This document shows positions 48,364 to 58,403 of a stretch of 64,000 nucleotides of DNA, one piece after another. The stretch is taken from assembly GCA_038210495.1 (NCBI GenBank), contig JBBQWR010000013.1, positions 15,310 through 79,309 on the forward strand, written 5' to 3'. Source of the stretch: Pirellulales bacterium. Lineage in GTDB: Bacteria; Planctomycetota; Planctomycetia; Pirellulales; DATAWG01. Every line of letters begins with the position of its first letter. Positions within the stretch are counted from its first letter, which is position 1. The notes beneath the pieces were generated by a model. It did not search any database. It was not told the origin of the DNA and saw only the letters and a list, made by a program, of their open reading frames with translations. A program made the position numbers and the translations under genes.

Positions 48364-48828
48364 TCAGCCGGAGTCCGAATCGTCCGACGAGATCACCTGC
48401 AAGAAACGGCCACCACTCTCATACCAACCGAGTCGAGTGAAGCGGCACCAGGTAAGGTCGATTTGCACTTGAATCGCGGGACCATCGGCTCGGTCGAGGC
48501 TCACGATCGCCTGACGGAACGCCAATGGCTGCTGATGATAAAAGCCCAGTCCATGCTCGGAAATCTGCTTGCCGACCACGACGATGTGCTCGTCTAGCCG
48601 CGTTCGGCCATCGTCGGCCAAGGGCGCCAATCGAACCAAATAGGGATATGGATAGCGTCGCTCTCCGCGTCGCTCGAGTTGGGCGACACTCGGATAAACG
48701 CAGGCCAAGAGACTGCGAAGGCCCTCGCGCTTGTTGGAATCCAACACGAGTGAACCGCTGGACCCGATGTGGGCCAGCGACGGCGCATGGTGCGACATGA
48801 CAGGGCTCGATGAGTTGAGGCGGGGCAT
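48364..48828 (-). CDS. PilZ-domain protein (putative c-di-GMP receptor)
   Basis: 154 aa. RRGERRYPY (RxxxR) and GKQISEHGLGF (D/N-x-S-x-x-G-like, with Q in first position) are at the usual spacing. Confidence 0.6.
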   Translation of the reverse strand: MPRLNSSSPVMSHHAPSLAHIGSSGSLVLDSNKREGLRSLLACVYPSVAQLERRGERRYPYPYLVRLAPLADDGRTRLDEHIVVVGKQISEHGLGFYHQQPLAFRQAIVSLDRADGPAIQVQIDLTWCRFTRLGWYESGGRFLQVISSDDSDSG

Positions 48829-49012
48829 AGAACGACGGTCTTCATTACCCCTAGAGAATTAGGGGCGCGGCGAATGCCAATGAATACTTACGTCGGAATT
48901 TAGCCAGCGTCAAATCGGGCGCCGGTTTTCGGCGGCGCATAAAAACGCCGGGCGATCCGACCGGCGCTATCTTAAAGACCGCGATTCGGCGCGAGACCAA
49001 TCGTCGATTGGC

Positions 49013-49390
49013 CTATTTGAGCTTGCCGTTGAAATAATGCGAGCCATCCATGAATACGGCCGCATGGCCCGTCGGCCGAATTCGTCCCGAGGCGCCGGTG
49101 GCCCCAATGCCCGTGCTGGTCCGCACCTGATTCAGTTCCTGCTGCAATTGGTTGATGTTGGACGATTGCCGCGAGTTAATGTCGTATTGCTCCAAGAACG
49201 GTCGCACATTGTTTTGGTAATTTCCGACCGCTCCCGGATTGACGAACAAATTTAAATACGGGCTTACCGTGGGCCGGGGAGTGTATTGCAGGTTCGACGG
49301 TCCACCACCTTGGGCCATGGCGGTCGAGCTAAACCAGCTCATGGCGGCGCAAGCGACACAGCCGGAGACAAGAAGTTTGAAATTTTTCAT
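49013..49390 (-). CDS. small secreted Gln/Asn-rich protein
   Basis: Internal ATG (MKNFKLLVSGCVACAAMSWFSSTAMAQ signal). It lies downstream of Wza-like paralog 2 on the same strand. Confidence 0.45.
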   Translation of the reverse strand: MKNFKLLVSGCVACAAMSWFSSTAMAQGGGPSNLQYTPRPTVSPYLNLFVNPGAVGNYQNNVRPFLEQYDINSRQSSNINQLQQELNQVRTSTGIGATGASGRIRPTGHAAVFMDGSHYFNGKLK

Positions 49391-49567
49391 GGAAAGTTCC
49401 TTTCGGCGCCAGAGCCGAGTTTTCATCTACCGCTATTGTATACGCGAGCTGCCGAAAAATCCTTCGCGACTCGCAGGTGAGCGAACACACTCCGGGGCTT
49501 CGGAGCCCTGGCCACCCAGGGCAAGCACGCCTCCAGCCTCGGGACACCTGAGCCATTATGAGCGAAG

Positions 49568-50635
49568 CTAATTGTTGCCGCCTTGGTTTAGACCGGGGCG
49601 TTTGATTTGCTCGATGCTCTGGACACCCAGCGACGTGGCGCCAAACAATCGTTCGAACGGCGCCGTGACTTTGTTCACAAAACTGTCGAAGGCGACCAGT
49701 TCGTCCTGCGAAATGTAGAGCCGATCACCCGGCAGAATCTGATAGTTGGTCGCCGTATTGCCCCCTTGCGTGATGTCGTCCCAATTGACCCGCAGAATCT
49801 GATCGCAGCCGAAATGGTCGGGCGCCGGCCGAGCGATAAAGATCTTTTTCTTATTGGCGACTCGCGACAGGCCGTTTATCTGGGATACGGCGTCGAGGAC
49901 TGTCTCATTGCCGGTAATTTGCACTCGAGTCAGCGAGTCTCCCAGCCCGGCGCCTTGCCCGACAATGTAGTAGACCTTGCTGGCATAGCTGAAGACATCG
50001 ACGGAGACTTCCGGCGTGTCGAGATATTTGCTCAGGTGTTTCTCGATAGTCGTCTTCGCCTCGTCGACTGTTAGGCCGGTGATAAAAACGGTGCCGTACG
50101 TGCCCAAATTAACAGTGCCGTCGGGTCCCACGCGGTGCTGGCCTTGAATGGCTTGCATGCCCGCCGACGCGGCAAGCGTGACGGAAACTTCCGGTTGCTT
50201 GAGAATTCGATTGAGTTGGCGATAGACTGCTTCGGCCGCTTCTTCGAGCGTCAAGTTGGACACTTTTACGCGGCCGTAGGCGGGGCCCAAATTGAGCGTG
50301 CCCCCTGGCTCGACGGCGTAAGTGCCGGTGATGGGTTGGTCGCGGAGCGTGCCGGTGACGTTAACACCCAATGAATCGAGCGCCTCGATCTTATAGGGCG
50401 GCTTGGGCACCACTTTGATCGCGTCGATTTCCAAGATATCCGGCGGCTCAATAACATAATTGGGCAGCGACATCCTGTTTTTTTCGGTGGCGATCGGGTC
50501 CGGATTGACCATCATCGGCGCCGGATCGGCGGCAGGGCCGTCGTGAAAATGGCATCCGCCAATGAACATGCCAGCTAGCGCGGCTGCTAGCAATAGGCGA
50601 TTTTTCGACAAGCTATCGGACATGGGGGGACTCAT
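49568..50635 (-). CDS. polysaccharide export protein (Wza-like), paralog 2
   Basis: 355 aa and collinear with 28247..29338 (e.g. PDILEIDAIKVVPKPPYKI vs PDILLIDALKIVPKPPFKI; ITGNETVLDAVSQINGLS vs VTGNETVLDALSNVNGLS). Confidence 0.8.
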   Translation of the reverse strand: MSPPMSDSLSKNRLLLAAALAGMFIGGCHFHDGPAADPAPMMVNPDPIATEKNRMSLPNYVIEPPDILEIDAIKVVPKPPYKIEALDSLGVNVTGTLRDQPITGTYAVEPGGTLNLGPAYGRVKVSNLTLEEAAEAVYRQLNRILKQPEVSVTLAASAGMQAIQGQHRVGPDGTVNLGTYGTVFITGLTVDEAKTTIEKHLSKYLDTPEVSVDVFSYASKVYYIVGQGAGLGDSLTRVQITGNETVLDAVSQINGLSRVANKKKIFIARPAPDHFGCDQILRVNWDDITQGGNTATNYQILPGDRLYISQDELVAFDSFVNKVTAPFERLFGATSLGVQSIEQIKRPGLNQGGNN

Positions 50636-50719
50636 CCGGCTGATTGGGGCGATTTAGGCCGCCATGGATCGTTAAACTCGCTCTAATCCGACCAGTCGGT
50701 TTAATCGGCACATTGGCCC

Positions 50720-50733
50720 GCAAACTTTGCCGA
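50720..50733. promoter_or_regulatory. candidate operator GCAAACTTTGCCGA upstream of Wza-like gene 2
   Basis: 85-98 nt upstream of the ATG at 50635. It is the same 14-mer as at 28107-28120 and is near-palindromic. Confidence 0.3.
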
Positions 50734-50946
50734 GTCTTCGCGGTCAAACAAGAAACTCACGCTGGCATTTAATAGGTGCGGGCCAACCAATTAATCTGGC
50801 GCAGGGGCTGAAAGGAGCGTGCCACGGTGGCTTTACGGCGCCTCCGTGGCGCCGCTAAAATTGGCTCGCCCAACGCTTGCAAGCACTGGATTTGTTTCTG
50901 CTTAGTTTTGGCTTGTCCTCTTGCCCAAGGTAAAAAAGCACCGCTA

Positions 50947-53805
50947 ATGCCTCGCTATAATCCCGCTCAGATCGAACTAAAGTGGCAGCAGTATTGGCAG
51001 ACGAATCGCACGTTCGCCACGCCCCGCCTGCCTGCGGGAAAGAAGCTGTATGCCCTAGACATGTTTCCCTACCCCAGCGGGGACGGCCTGCATGTCGGTC
51101 ATCCGGAAGGCTATACGGCCACCGATATCGTCTGCCGTTTCGAGCGGATGCGGGGTGCGTCGGTCCTGCACCCGATGGGGTTTGACGCTTTCGGTCTGCC
51201 AGCGGAGGAACACGCCATACGCACGGGCACGCCCCCCCGAGTCGGAACCGAGAAGAACATCGATAACTTTCGCCGCCAACTCAAAATGCTCGGCTTCAGC
51301 TACGACTGGGACCGAGAACTCGCCACCACCGACCCTGGGTACTTCCGCTGGACCCAGTGGATTTTCCTGCTGCTCTACGACACTTGGTATGACAGCGCGA
51401 ATCAACGTGGACAACCGATCGCGGAGTTGCCGATCCCGGCGGATGTAGCGGCCGCCGGTTCCGGCGCCATCTCGCGTTACCAGGACGAGCATCGCTTGGC
51501 CTATGAATCGGAGGCGCCGGTCAATTGGTGTCCGGCGCTCGGCACGGTGCTCGCAAACGAAGAAGTCATCGGCGGCTTGAGCGAGCGGGGTGGTCATCCG
51601 GTCGTGCGGATGCCGCTCCGGCAATGGATGCTCCGGATCACCGCTTATGCTGACCGACTGGAAAAAGATCTCGATGGCTTGGATTGGTCCGAGAGCATCA
51701 AGAAGCTGCAGCGCGATTGGATCGGTCGGAGCACGGGCGCCGAGGTCGATTTCTTCGTTGGCGCGGCTGCCCCTGGCAAACCATCGCCTGAAGAATTTGC
51801 CGCTTGGAAGTCGGCTCGAGCCAAGAACGGCTATCCGGTGAAGCCAGACGCCGGCGCGGTGCGCGTCTACACGACGCGCCCGGACACGCTTTTCGGTGCG
51901 ACCTACATGGTGATTGCGCCGGAACATCCGCTGGTCGAGCGGTTGACGACACCGGACAACGCTCAGGCCATCAAGGAATATTGCCAACGGGCCGCCACCA
52001 AGAGCGACCTCGACCGCACCGAACTGGCGAAGACCAAGACAGGCGTATTCACCGGCTCAGTCGCAATTAACCCGGCCAGTGGCGAGCCGGTTCCTGTTTG
52101 GGTCGCCGACTATGTCCTCAGCAGCTATGGAACCGGCGCTATTATGGCGGTTCCCGCTCACGACGAGCGCGATTTCGAGTTCGCGAAGACATTCGGCCTG
52201 TCGATTATTCCTGTCGTTAATCCTCCCAACCAATCGCCGGAGGACCGAGAGGCTCTGCTTCGCGGCGACCGAGCGTTCACCGTCGATGGCATCGCAATCA
52301 ACTCCGGCCGCTACGATGGTCTGACGACGGCTGAATTCAAACAGGCGATCGCCACCGACTTGTCGGCGAAAGGTCTCGGACGCGGCGCGGTCAATTACAA
52401 GCTTCGCGACTGGCTCTTCAGCCGGCAGCGATTTTGGGGTGAGCCGTTTCCCGTCCTGCACGAACTGGACGAGTTCGGAAAACCGAACGGCGTCAAACGC
52501 ACCGTTCCCGCCGATCAACTGCCGGTCGATCTGCCAGAACTCGCCGATTTCAAGCCGCACGGCCGCCCCGAGCCGCCGCTCGCCAAGGCGCCCGAATCGT
52601 GGCTGTATGTCACGATCGACGGTCGACGCTACCGGCGCGAAACGAACACCATGCCGCAGTGGGCCGGCTCGTGCTGGTATTTCCTGCGGTTCATCGATCC
52701 GCGTAACGATCAGCGGATGATCGATCCGGAACTCGAAAAAGCTTGGATGCCCGTCGATCTGTATATCGGCGGCGCCGAACACGCCGTGCTGCATCTGCTG
52801 TACTCGCGATTCTGGCACAAGGTGCTCTATGATCGGGGCCACGTCAGCACCGTAGAGCCGTTTCAGAAACTGGTAAACCAAGGGATGATCTTGGGCGAAA
52901 TGGAGTTCACCGGCTACCGCAAGGAAACCGGCGGTTGGCTCACCGCGGCCGACGTAAAACTCAACGCCGATGGCAAGCCGACCGATCGGAAGACGGGCGC
53001 ATCGGCCGTGGCCGCCCGGGTGGCGGCCGAGGTCGTTGAGAAACAGGGGGAGCATTTCGTCCTCACGGCCGATCCGTCGATTCGGGTCGAGAGCCGGGCC
53101 TACAAAATGTCCAAAAGCCGGGGCAATGTCGTCAACCCCGATGCGGTCGTCAAAGAATATGGCGCCGATGCGCTGCGGCTGTATGAAATGTTCATGGGCC
53201 CGCTCGAAGCGACAAAACCCTGGAGCATGTCGGGCGTCAACGGCGTGCGCGGGTTTCTCGACCGCGTGTGGCGAATGATCGTCGCGGACCGAATCGAGGG
53301 AATGGAGCTAAATGCCGCCGTTCAAGACGTGCCGACGACGGCTGAACAGAATCGCCTGGTTCACAAAACGATCGCCGCCGTGACGTCAAACTGCGAGACG
53401 CTAAGTTTTAACACGGCCATCGCCCGGATGATGGAGTTCACGAATTACTTCACGAAATCCGACGTCCGGCCACGGGCGGCGATGGAAACCCTGATCCTGC
53501 TGCTCTCTCCATTCGCGCCCCATCTGGCCGAGGAACTCTGGCAGATTTTGGGACATGAGCGGACGCTGGCCTATGAACCTTGGCCCAAGGCCGATCCGGC
53601 CCTGCTTATCGACGAGTCGGTGGAAGTGCCCGTCCAAATCAACGGCAAGCTCCGTGGGCGGATCGTCGTCCCGACCGGCAGCGACGCCGCCGTGACCGAG
53701 GCCGCCGCCCAGACCGATCATCGAATTACCGAACTTCTTGGCGGAAAAACGATCGTTAAAGTAGTCGTCGTGCCCGGCCGCTTGGTAAACTTCGTAGTCA
53801 GATGA
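50947..53805 (+). CDS. leuS: leucine--tRNA ligase
   Basis: Internal ATG ([23 protein letters not shown]). [12 protein letters not shown] (HIGH), the editing domain and YKMSKSRGN (KMSKS). Confidence 0.95.
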   Translation: MPRYNPAQIELKWQQYWQTNRTFATPRLPAGKKLYALDMFPYPSGDGLHVGHPEGYTATDIVCRFERMRGASVLHPMGFDAFGLPAEEHAIRTGTPPRVGTEKNIDNFRRQLKMLGFSYDWDRELATTDPGYFRWTQWIFLLLYDTWYDSANQRGQPIAELPIPADVAAAGSGAISRYQDEHRLAYESEAPVNWCPALGTVLANEEVIGGLSERGGHPVVRMPLRQWMLRITAYADRLEKDLDGLDWSESIKKLQRDWIGRSTGAEVDFFVGAAAPGKPSPEEFAAWKSARAKNGYPVKPDAGAVRVYTTRPDTLFGATYMVIAPEHPLVERLTTPDNAQAIKEYCQRAATKSDLDRTELAKTKTGVFTGSVAINPASGEPVPVWVADYVLSSYGTGAIMAVPAHDERDFEFAKTFGLSIIPVVNPPNQSPEDREALLRGDRAFTVDGIAINSGRYDGLTTAEFKQAIATDLSAKGLGRGAVNYKLRDWLFSRQRFWGEPFPVLHELDEFGKPNGVKRTVPADQLPVDLPELADFKPHGRPEPPLAKAPESWLYVTIDGRRYRRETNTMPQWAGSCWYFLRFIDPRNDQRMIDPELEKAWMPVDLYIGGAEHAVLHLLYSRFWHKVLYDRGHVSTVEPFQKLVNQGMILGEMEFTGYRKETGGWLTAADVKLNADGKPTDRKTGASAVAARVAAEVVEKQGEHFVLTADPSIRVESRAYKMSKSRGNVVNPDAVVKEYGADALRLYEMFMGPLEATKPWSMSGVNGVRGFLDRVWRMIVADRIEGMELNAAVQDVPTTAEQNRLVHKTIAAVTSNCETLSFNTAIARMMEFTNYFTKSDVRPRAAMETLILLLSPFAPHLAEELWQILGHERTLAYEPWPKADPALLIDESVEVPVQINGKLRGRIVVPTGSDAAVTEAAAQTDHRITELLGGKTIVKVVVVPGRLVNFVVR

Positions 53806-53810
53806 TCGCC

Positions 53811-53958
53811 GTAGGTCAGGCATCCTGCCTGACAATCGGCGCCAATTGACCTCGTCCCATCGCTGTCTCATCCTCGCTGTTTCATTGTCGCCGTCTCTAG
53901 CCGCTGCCTCATCGTCCTCAACTCATCACGCCCGCGTCAGGCAGGATGCCTGACCTAC
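53811..53958. repeat. REP-like palindromic pair (perfect 23-bp inverted termini GTAGGTCAGGCATCCTGCCTGAC) in the leuS-glgC spacer
   Basis: Units at 53811-53833 and 53936-53958 are perfect reverse complements. The 102-bp interior carries three CGCTGYYTCAT direct repeats. Confidence 0.8.
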
Positions 53959-53981
53959 ATCTCTAGCCCCATATCCGCCCT

Positions 53982-55268
53982 ATGTCTTCGGAAAATGTTC
54001 TCGCATTGGTCCTCGGCGGTGGTCGCGGCACTCGGCTCTATCCGCTGACGAAACTGCGCAGCAAGCCGGCCGTGCCGCTGGCCGGTAAATACCGATTGAT
54101 CGACATTCCGATTTCCAATTGCATCAACAGCCGGATCAATCGGATCTATGTGCTGACGCAGTTCAACTCGGCCAGCCTTCACCGTCACATTCGTCGCACG
54201 TACACGTTCGACAATTACAGCGGTGGGTTCGTCGAGATCCTCGCGGCCCAGCAGACCCTCGATAGCTCCGACTGGTATCAGGGCACCGCCGACGCCGTGC
54301 GGCAGAACATCCGCTATTTGCAGCAGGCCGACATCCGCTACGTGCTGATCCTCTCGGGCGATCAACTCTACCGCATGAACTACGGCGACATGATCGCCAC
54401 GCATCACGCCGCCGCCGCCGATGTGACGATCGGCGCCATGCCCGTGACTCGCGAGGCGGCTTCGGCGTTTGGCATCATGAAGGGAGACGAAACGGGTCGC
54501 GTCGTTAGTTTTTTGGAAAAACCCAAGACGCCGCAGGAGGTGGAAATGGTGCGCACCGATCCGGCCTGGATCGACGCCCACGGCGTGCCGAGCAAGAACC
54601 GCGATCTGCTGGCCAGCATGGGCATTTATCTGTTCAACCGCGAAACGCTCGTCGAGCTGCTGACCAAGACCGACTATCACGATTTCGGCAAGGAGATTTT
54701 TCCGGCCTCGATCCGCGCCCGCAAGGTGCAGATGCATTTGTTCGACGGTTATTGGGAAGACATCGGTACGATCAAATCCTTCTATCAGTGCAACCTCGAT
54801 CTGGCGACGGCCAATCCGCCATTCAATTTGAACGAGCCCGACGCTCCGATTTACACGCGCGCGCGCTTCCTGCCGCCATCGCGGATCGACGGCGCCATGA
54901 TCCGCAACAGCTTGGTTTCCGACGGTTGCATTATCGGCGAGGGGACCCAAATCGACGGCAGCGTGCTGGGCGTTCGCTGCCGAATCGGCAAGAACGCGCG
55001 GATACGCAACACGATCATCATGGGCTCGGACGAATACGAGTCCGCGGAGACAATGGCTCGCCACGGAGCGACGATCCCGATGGGCATCGGCGATGGCACG
55101 ATCGTCGACGGAGCGATCATCGACAAGAACGCCCGCATCGGCGAAGGGGTCCGGATCACGAACGAAAAGGGAGTGACCACGAGCGCCGAAACGCCCGAGT
55201 ACATGATCAGCGACGGCATCATCGTGATCCAAAAAGACGCGACGCTGCCAAACGGCTGGAAAATCTAG
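53982..55268 (+). CDS. glgC: glucose-1-phosphate adenylyltransferase
   Basis: ALVLGGGRGTRLYPLTKLRSKPAVPLAGKYRLIDIPISNCINS, WYQGTADAV, and a C-terminal left-handed beta-helix region. Confidence 0.95.
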   Translation: MSSENVLALVLGGGRGTRLYPLTKLRSKPAVPLAGKYRLIDIPISNCINSRINRIYVLTQFNSASLHRHIRRTYTFDNYSGGFVEILAAQQTLDSSDWYQGTADAVRQNIRYLQQADIRYVLILSGDQLYRMNYGDMIATHHAAAADVTIGAMPVTREAASAFGIMKGDETGRVVSFLEKPKTPQEVEMVRTDPAWIDAHGVPSKNRDLLASMGIYLFNRETLVELLTKTDYHDFGKEIFPASIRARKVQMHLFDGYWEDIGTIKSFYQCNLDLATANPPFNLNEPDAPIYTRARFLPPSRIDGAMIRNSLVSDGCIIGEGTQIDGSVLGVRCRIGKNARIRNTIIMGSDEYESAETMARHGATIPMGIGDGTIVDGAIIDKNARIGEGVRITNEKGVTTSAETPEYMISDGIIVIQKDATLPNGWKI

Positions 55269-55271
55269 TAT

Positions 55272-55353
55272 AGAGCCGCGCACGAAGTAAGCGCTGCGCG
55301 CACGTCTCGTTCATCGCGTGATTTTGCTTACGCCGCGCTTCGTGCGCGGCTCT
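55272..55353. repeat. long-range inverted repeat between convergent genes (AGAGCCGCGCACGAAG … CTTCGTGCGCGGCTCT)
   Basis: A perfect 16-bp core at 55272-55287 and 55338-55353 with partial extension (GTAAGCG / GCTTAC). It starts 4 nt after the glgC stop. Confidence 0.55.
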
Positions 55354-55359
55354 GCGCTA

Positions 55360-55854
55360 TTAACGGGACGGCGATTCGTTGGCGCTCATTCGAATGCCGT
55401 TTTGATCGCGATTTTGGTAGCGGTCAAAACCGGGGATCGGATTATTGCGATCTAATGCAATTCCAATAACGGAGAAATCTCTCTTCGCCCGCACAACCTG
55501 CCTCCATTGCTCGAGACCAAATTCGCGCCCATTTGCCGGTCGGTATTTTGCCCCGTGCGAATTTATGATCTCGGCAATTTCCCTGAAGTAGAAATGCGGT
55601 TCGCCGATAACCTCGGTCACCCGCCCCGATCGACGATCGATCCGCACTCGGACGGTCATCGTCAATTCATATTTTCCTGCGAACGCCGCCTCGGTTTGCC
55701 ATTCGGCGATGTCTGGTTCGCAATAATTGACTACACGATGCCACGCGAACCCAAGCAAATCATCGATTTGCTTAGCCTCCGGAATCATTGTGTAGCCAGA
55801 TCGAACCATCTGGTCCTGGCTCGGCCATCGGCTGGCGAAAACCGCCGTCAAATA
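55360..55854 (-). pseudogene. 3' part of a membrane-protein gene split by the IS66 insertion
   Basis: The frame continues from the target duplication (YLT-AVFASRWPSQDQMVRSGYTMIPEAK…SPSR). The track ORF's extension to 56046 is read-through into the IS. Confidence 0.75.
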
Positions 55855-55913
55855 GTAAGCGTCCGGTGCAGCCCGTTGGGTGAATTCGAGCGGCTGGCAG
55901 GCGGCGGCCGTTG

Positions 55914-57566
55914 CTACTTGGCCGGTTGCCAGCGATCGGGGAGCAGCGACCGGAGGAGGTCGCGCGAAGGATTCGGCGAGAGGGCCGGCAGGCGCGTGAG
56001 CAGATCGCGGAGATAGGCGAACGGCTCGACGTTGTTGCGCAGGCACGAAGCGACCAGACTGAAGTGGATCGCCGCGGCGCGCCCGCCCCGGTCACTGCCT
56101 AAAAACAGCCAATTGCGGCGGCCGATGGCGATCCCCCGCAGCGCCCGCTCCGCCGCGTTGTTGTCGATCATCAGATGGCCGTGATGTGCGTACTGGTTCA
56201 AAGCCGTCCAGTTGTTGCGGGTGTATTCCATCGCCCCGCGGAGCGGGCTTTTGGGCAACACTCGCGGCGCTTCGGCTTCCAGCCAAGCCCCGAACTGGTT
56301 CAGCACGCTCAGCGATCGCGCTTGCCGCTGTTGGCCGATTCGCGCGAATCGCTGGTCGCGATCCAGGTCTCGCCCCTCATCGTCTTGGCCCTGCTGGCGC
56401 AGCTGCTTCTCGACGGCATACAACTGGCCGATGTGCGCCAAGGCCACTTCGGCGCGCGCCCGATCCGCGGACCGCGCCTCGAAGAACTTGCGCCGCGCAT
56501 GGGCCCAACAGGCGACTTCGACGATCCGGCCTTGCGAACCGTGGTAGATCGCGTCGTAGCCGCTGAAGGCGTCCGCCTGCACGAAGCCGCGATAGTTTTT
56601 CAAAATGTCCGCCGGACCGCTGGGGCCATCGCGGGTGTGGTTGGGTGTGTAGCGCAGCACGATCTGCCGATGCAGGTCGTCTCCCACGTAGACCCAGAAC
56701 CGGCCCTGATAGCGCCGCTTGCCGTGCGCGTCGCGGACATCGACCGGCGTGTCGTCCGTGTTCAGCGAGCGAGAGGCCAACACATCTTCGAGCATCAACT
56801 CCCCCAGCGGAGCGAACCACCGCTCCGCCACGTCCAAGGCCCAAGCGTCGGTCGTCTGCCGCGAGAACGAGCAGCCGTGCCGGGCGAATCTTCGCTCCTG
56901 GCGATGAAACGGCAAGTGATCGACGAAGCGGTTGATCACGACTTCCGCGATCAGGCCCGGTCCGGCGATCCCACCCGGAATGGGCTGCGACGGCTTGGGC
57001 GCCGTGATGATGTTCTTTTCGCGCGCTTCGGGGCCGCTTTCCAGCAACTGCGGCCGGCGGGCGTACTTCTTCTGAATGTGCCGCACGATGTACAGGCTCG
57101 AGGGTTCCCACTCGTACTGCTCGGTGACTTCCTCGCCGATCAGAATCAGCTCACCGCCCGCGGCCAGCGCCTGCTTCTCGGCTTCGCTCAGATCGTGAAC
57201 GACGTCCACCCGCTTGAGATGATCGGGCTTGGGCCGCCGGCCATGGCCGGGCCGTTTGCCGCTGGCGGCGACGGGCTCTTCGGCGATGGGCTCTTCGGCG
57301 ATGGGTTCGTCGGCCGCGGACTCTTCGATGGGCGGCGGCAATTCTTCCAGCGCCTGGACGAACAGCAGCAGTTGCCGGGGATCGATCTTCTCGCTGGAGC
57401 GGCCGTAGAGACGCCGCAACAACAGGTCCATGTGATGCTGCAGCTTGCCTAGCTCCGTGTCCTTGCCGCGCAGCGCTTCCAACAGTTGCAGCACCAATTG
57501 CCGCAAGGTCGCCGGGTCGTCCGGCAGCGTCTGGAGATCGGGCAGAGGCAAAGCGTCCGTGCTCAT
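55914..57566 (-). CDS. tnpC: IS66-family transposase TnpC
   Basis: MSTDALPLPDLQTLPDDPATLRQLVLQLLE… (leucine-zipper-like N-terminus), …NTDDTPVDV…RFWVYVGD… and …CWAHARRKF… are typical IS66 DDE transposase blocks. Confidence 0.9.
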   Translation of the reverse strand: MSTDALPLPDLQTLPDDPATLRQLVLQLLEALRGKDTELGKLQHHMDLLLRRLYGRSSEKIDPRQLLLFVQALEELPPPIEESAADEPIAEEPIAEEPVAASGKRPGHGRRPKPDHLKRVDVVHDLSEAEKQALAAGGELILIGEEVTEQYEWEPSSLYIVRHIQKKYARRPQLLESGPEAREKNIITAPKPSQPIPGGIAGPGLIAEVVINRFVDHLPFHRQERRFARHGCSFSRQTTDAWALDVAERWFAPLGELMLEDVLASRSLNTDDTPVDVRDAHGKRRYQGRFWVYVGDDLHRQIVLRYTPNHTRDGPSGPADILKNYRGFVQADAFSGYDAIYHGSQGRIVEVACWAHARRKFFEARSADRARAEVALAHIGQLYAVEKQLRQQGQDDEGRDLDRDQRFARIGQQRQARSLSVLNQFGAWLEAEAPRVLPKSPLRGAMEYTRNNWTALNQYAHHGHLMIDNNAAERALRGIAIGRRNWLFLGSDRGGRAAAIHFSLVASCLRNNVEPFAYLRDLLTRLPALSPNPSRDLLRSLLPDRWQPAK

Positions 57567-57648
57567 GCCTCTATATACTCGCAAAAACGAAAAAGGTTCC
57601 GCGCGATCGAGAAAATTTCCGAAAATAGTTTCGCGCTCGTCTCTCCTC

Positions 57649-58002
57649 TCACGCCGGAAGGCGATAACGCGCTTGACGAGTGACGCTGGACAACTCGACG
57701 CCGTCCAAGAGCATGGCCAGGTCGGTCGCCGAAATCGTCACGCTCGCCGCATCCTGCTCCGGGCGCGGGAAGCGAAAGCGCCCTTGTTCCAAGCGCTTGT
57801 ACCAAATCGCATAGCCGTGCGCGTCCCACCACAGAATCTTCACCCGGTCGGCCCGCTTGCCGCGGAACACGAACAGATGACCCGACAGAGGATCGAGCTG
57901 GAGCGTCTCTTGGACGAGCGCCGCCAAGGTATCGAAGCTCTTCCGCATGTCGGTTGGCTGCGCGGCCAGAAACACTTTCACCGAGCCGCTGACGCTCAAC
58001 AT
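57649..58002 (-). CDS. tnpB: IS66 accessory protein TnpB (IS66 Orf2-like)
   Basis: 117 aa from the internal ATG: MLSVSGSVKVFLAAQPTDMRKSFDTLAALVQETLQLDPLSGHLFVFRGKRADRVKILWWDAHGYAIWYKRLEQGRF. Confidence 0.9.
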   Translation of the reverse strand: MLSVSGSVKVFLAAQPTDMRKSFDTLAALVQETLQLDPLSGHLFVFRGKRADRVKILWWDAHGYAIWYKRLEQGRFRFPRPEQDAASVTISATDLAMLLDGVELSSVTRQARYRLPA

Positions 58003-58403
58003 GATCGCGGCTCCAAGAGTTCCAGCACCGCGCGCAAGGCGGCCGTCTCCCGCGCCGGCACGCGGACCAGCAGCCCGCTGGGCAAGGAGACTTCCACGTG
58101 ACTTGTCCCGGGCCCAGCGATCGTGACGGGCAGAAAGCGCGGCGCGGCTGTCGCTGTGTGAGCTGTCGCTGGGCGGCCAGCGGCCTGGGTTTCGCCAGGA
58201 GCAGTTCGGTCCGCGACGGAATCGCGCCGGGCGAGCTCGCTCCGCCAGCCATAAAACGATGGCTCGGAGAGCCCGGCCTGGGCACAGTAACCGCGGATCG
58301 TCAGGCCGCTTCGCCGCTGCCGCTCGACGTGCCGCCACCACAATCGCTCTTTAGCCTCACTCCGGCCCGGTCCGCGGCCCGTCGAGTATCGCGCTTCGCT
58401 CAT
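57996..58403 (-). CDS. tnpA: IS66 accessory protein TnpA (helix-turn-helix OrfA)
   Basis: MSEARYSTGRGPGRSEAKERLWWRHVERQRRSGLTIRGYCAQAGLSEPSFYGWRSEL…. It overlaps the tnpB start by 7 nt. Confidence 0.85.
   Translation of the reverse strand: MSEARYSTGRGPGRSEAKERLWWRHVERQRRSGLTIRGYCAQAGLSEPSFYGWRSELARRDSVADRTAPGETQAAGRPATAHTATAAPRFLPVTIAGPGTSHVEVSLPSGLLVRVPARETAALRAVLELLEPRSC

Noticed and set aside
53955-55283. 442-aa - strand ORF opposite glgC, plus 51055-51987 and 52057-53055 opposite leuS
   Set aside because: Antisense to unmistakable housekeeping genes, with low-complexity Arg/Asp/Val-rich translations.
55855-56046. N-terminal extension of ORF 55360-56046 as a genuine 228-aa gene overlapping tnpC
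   Set aside because: The extension is read-through across the IS terminus. The frame matches the 58485-58750 fragment across the target duplication, so it is a split gene.
56175-57452. 425-aa + strand ORF inside the IS66 element
   Set aside because: Antisense to tnpC, whose - strand translation shows the conserved IS66 transposase blocks.
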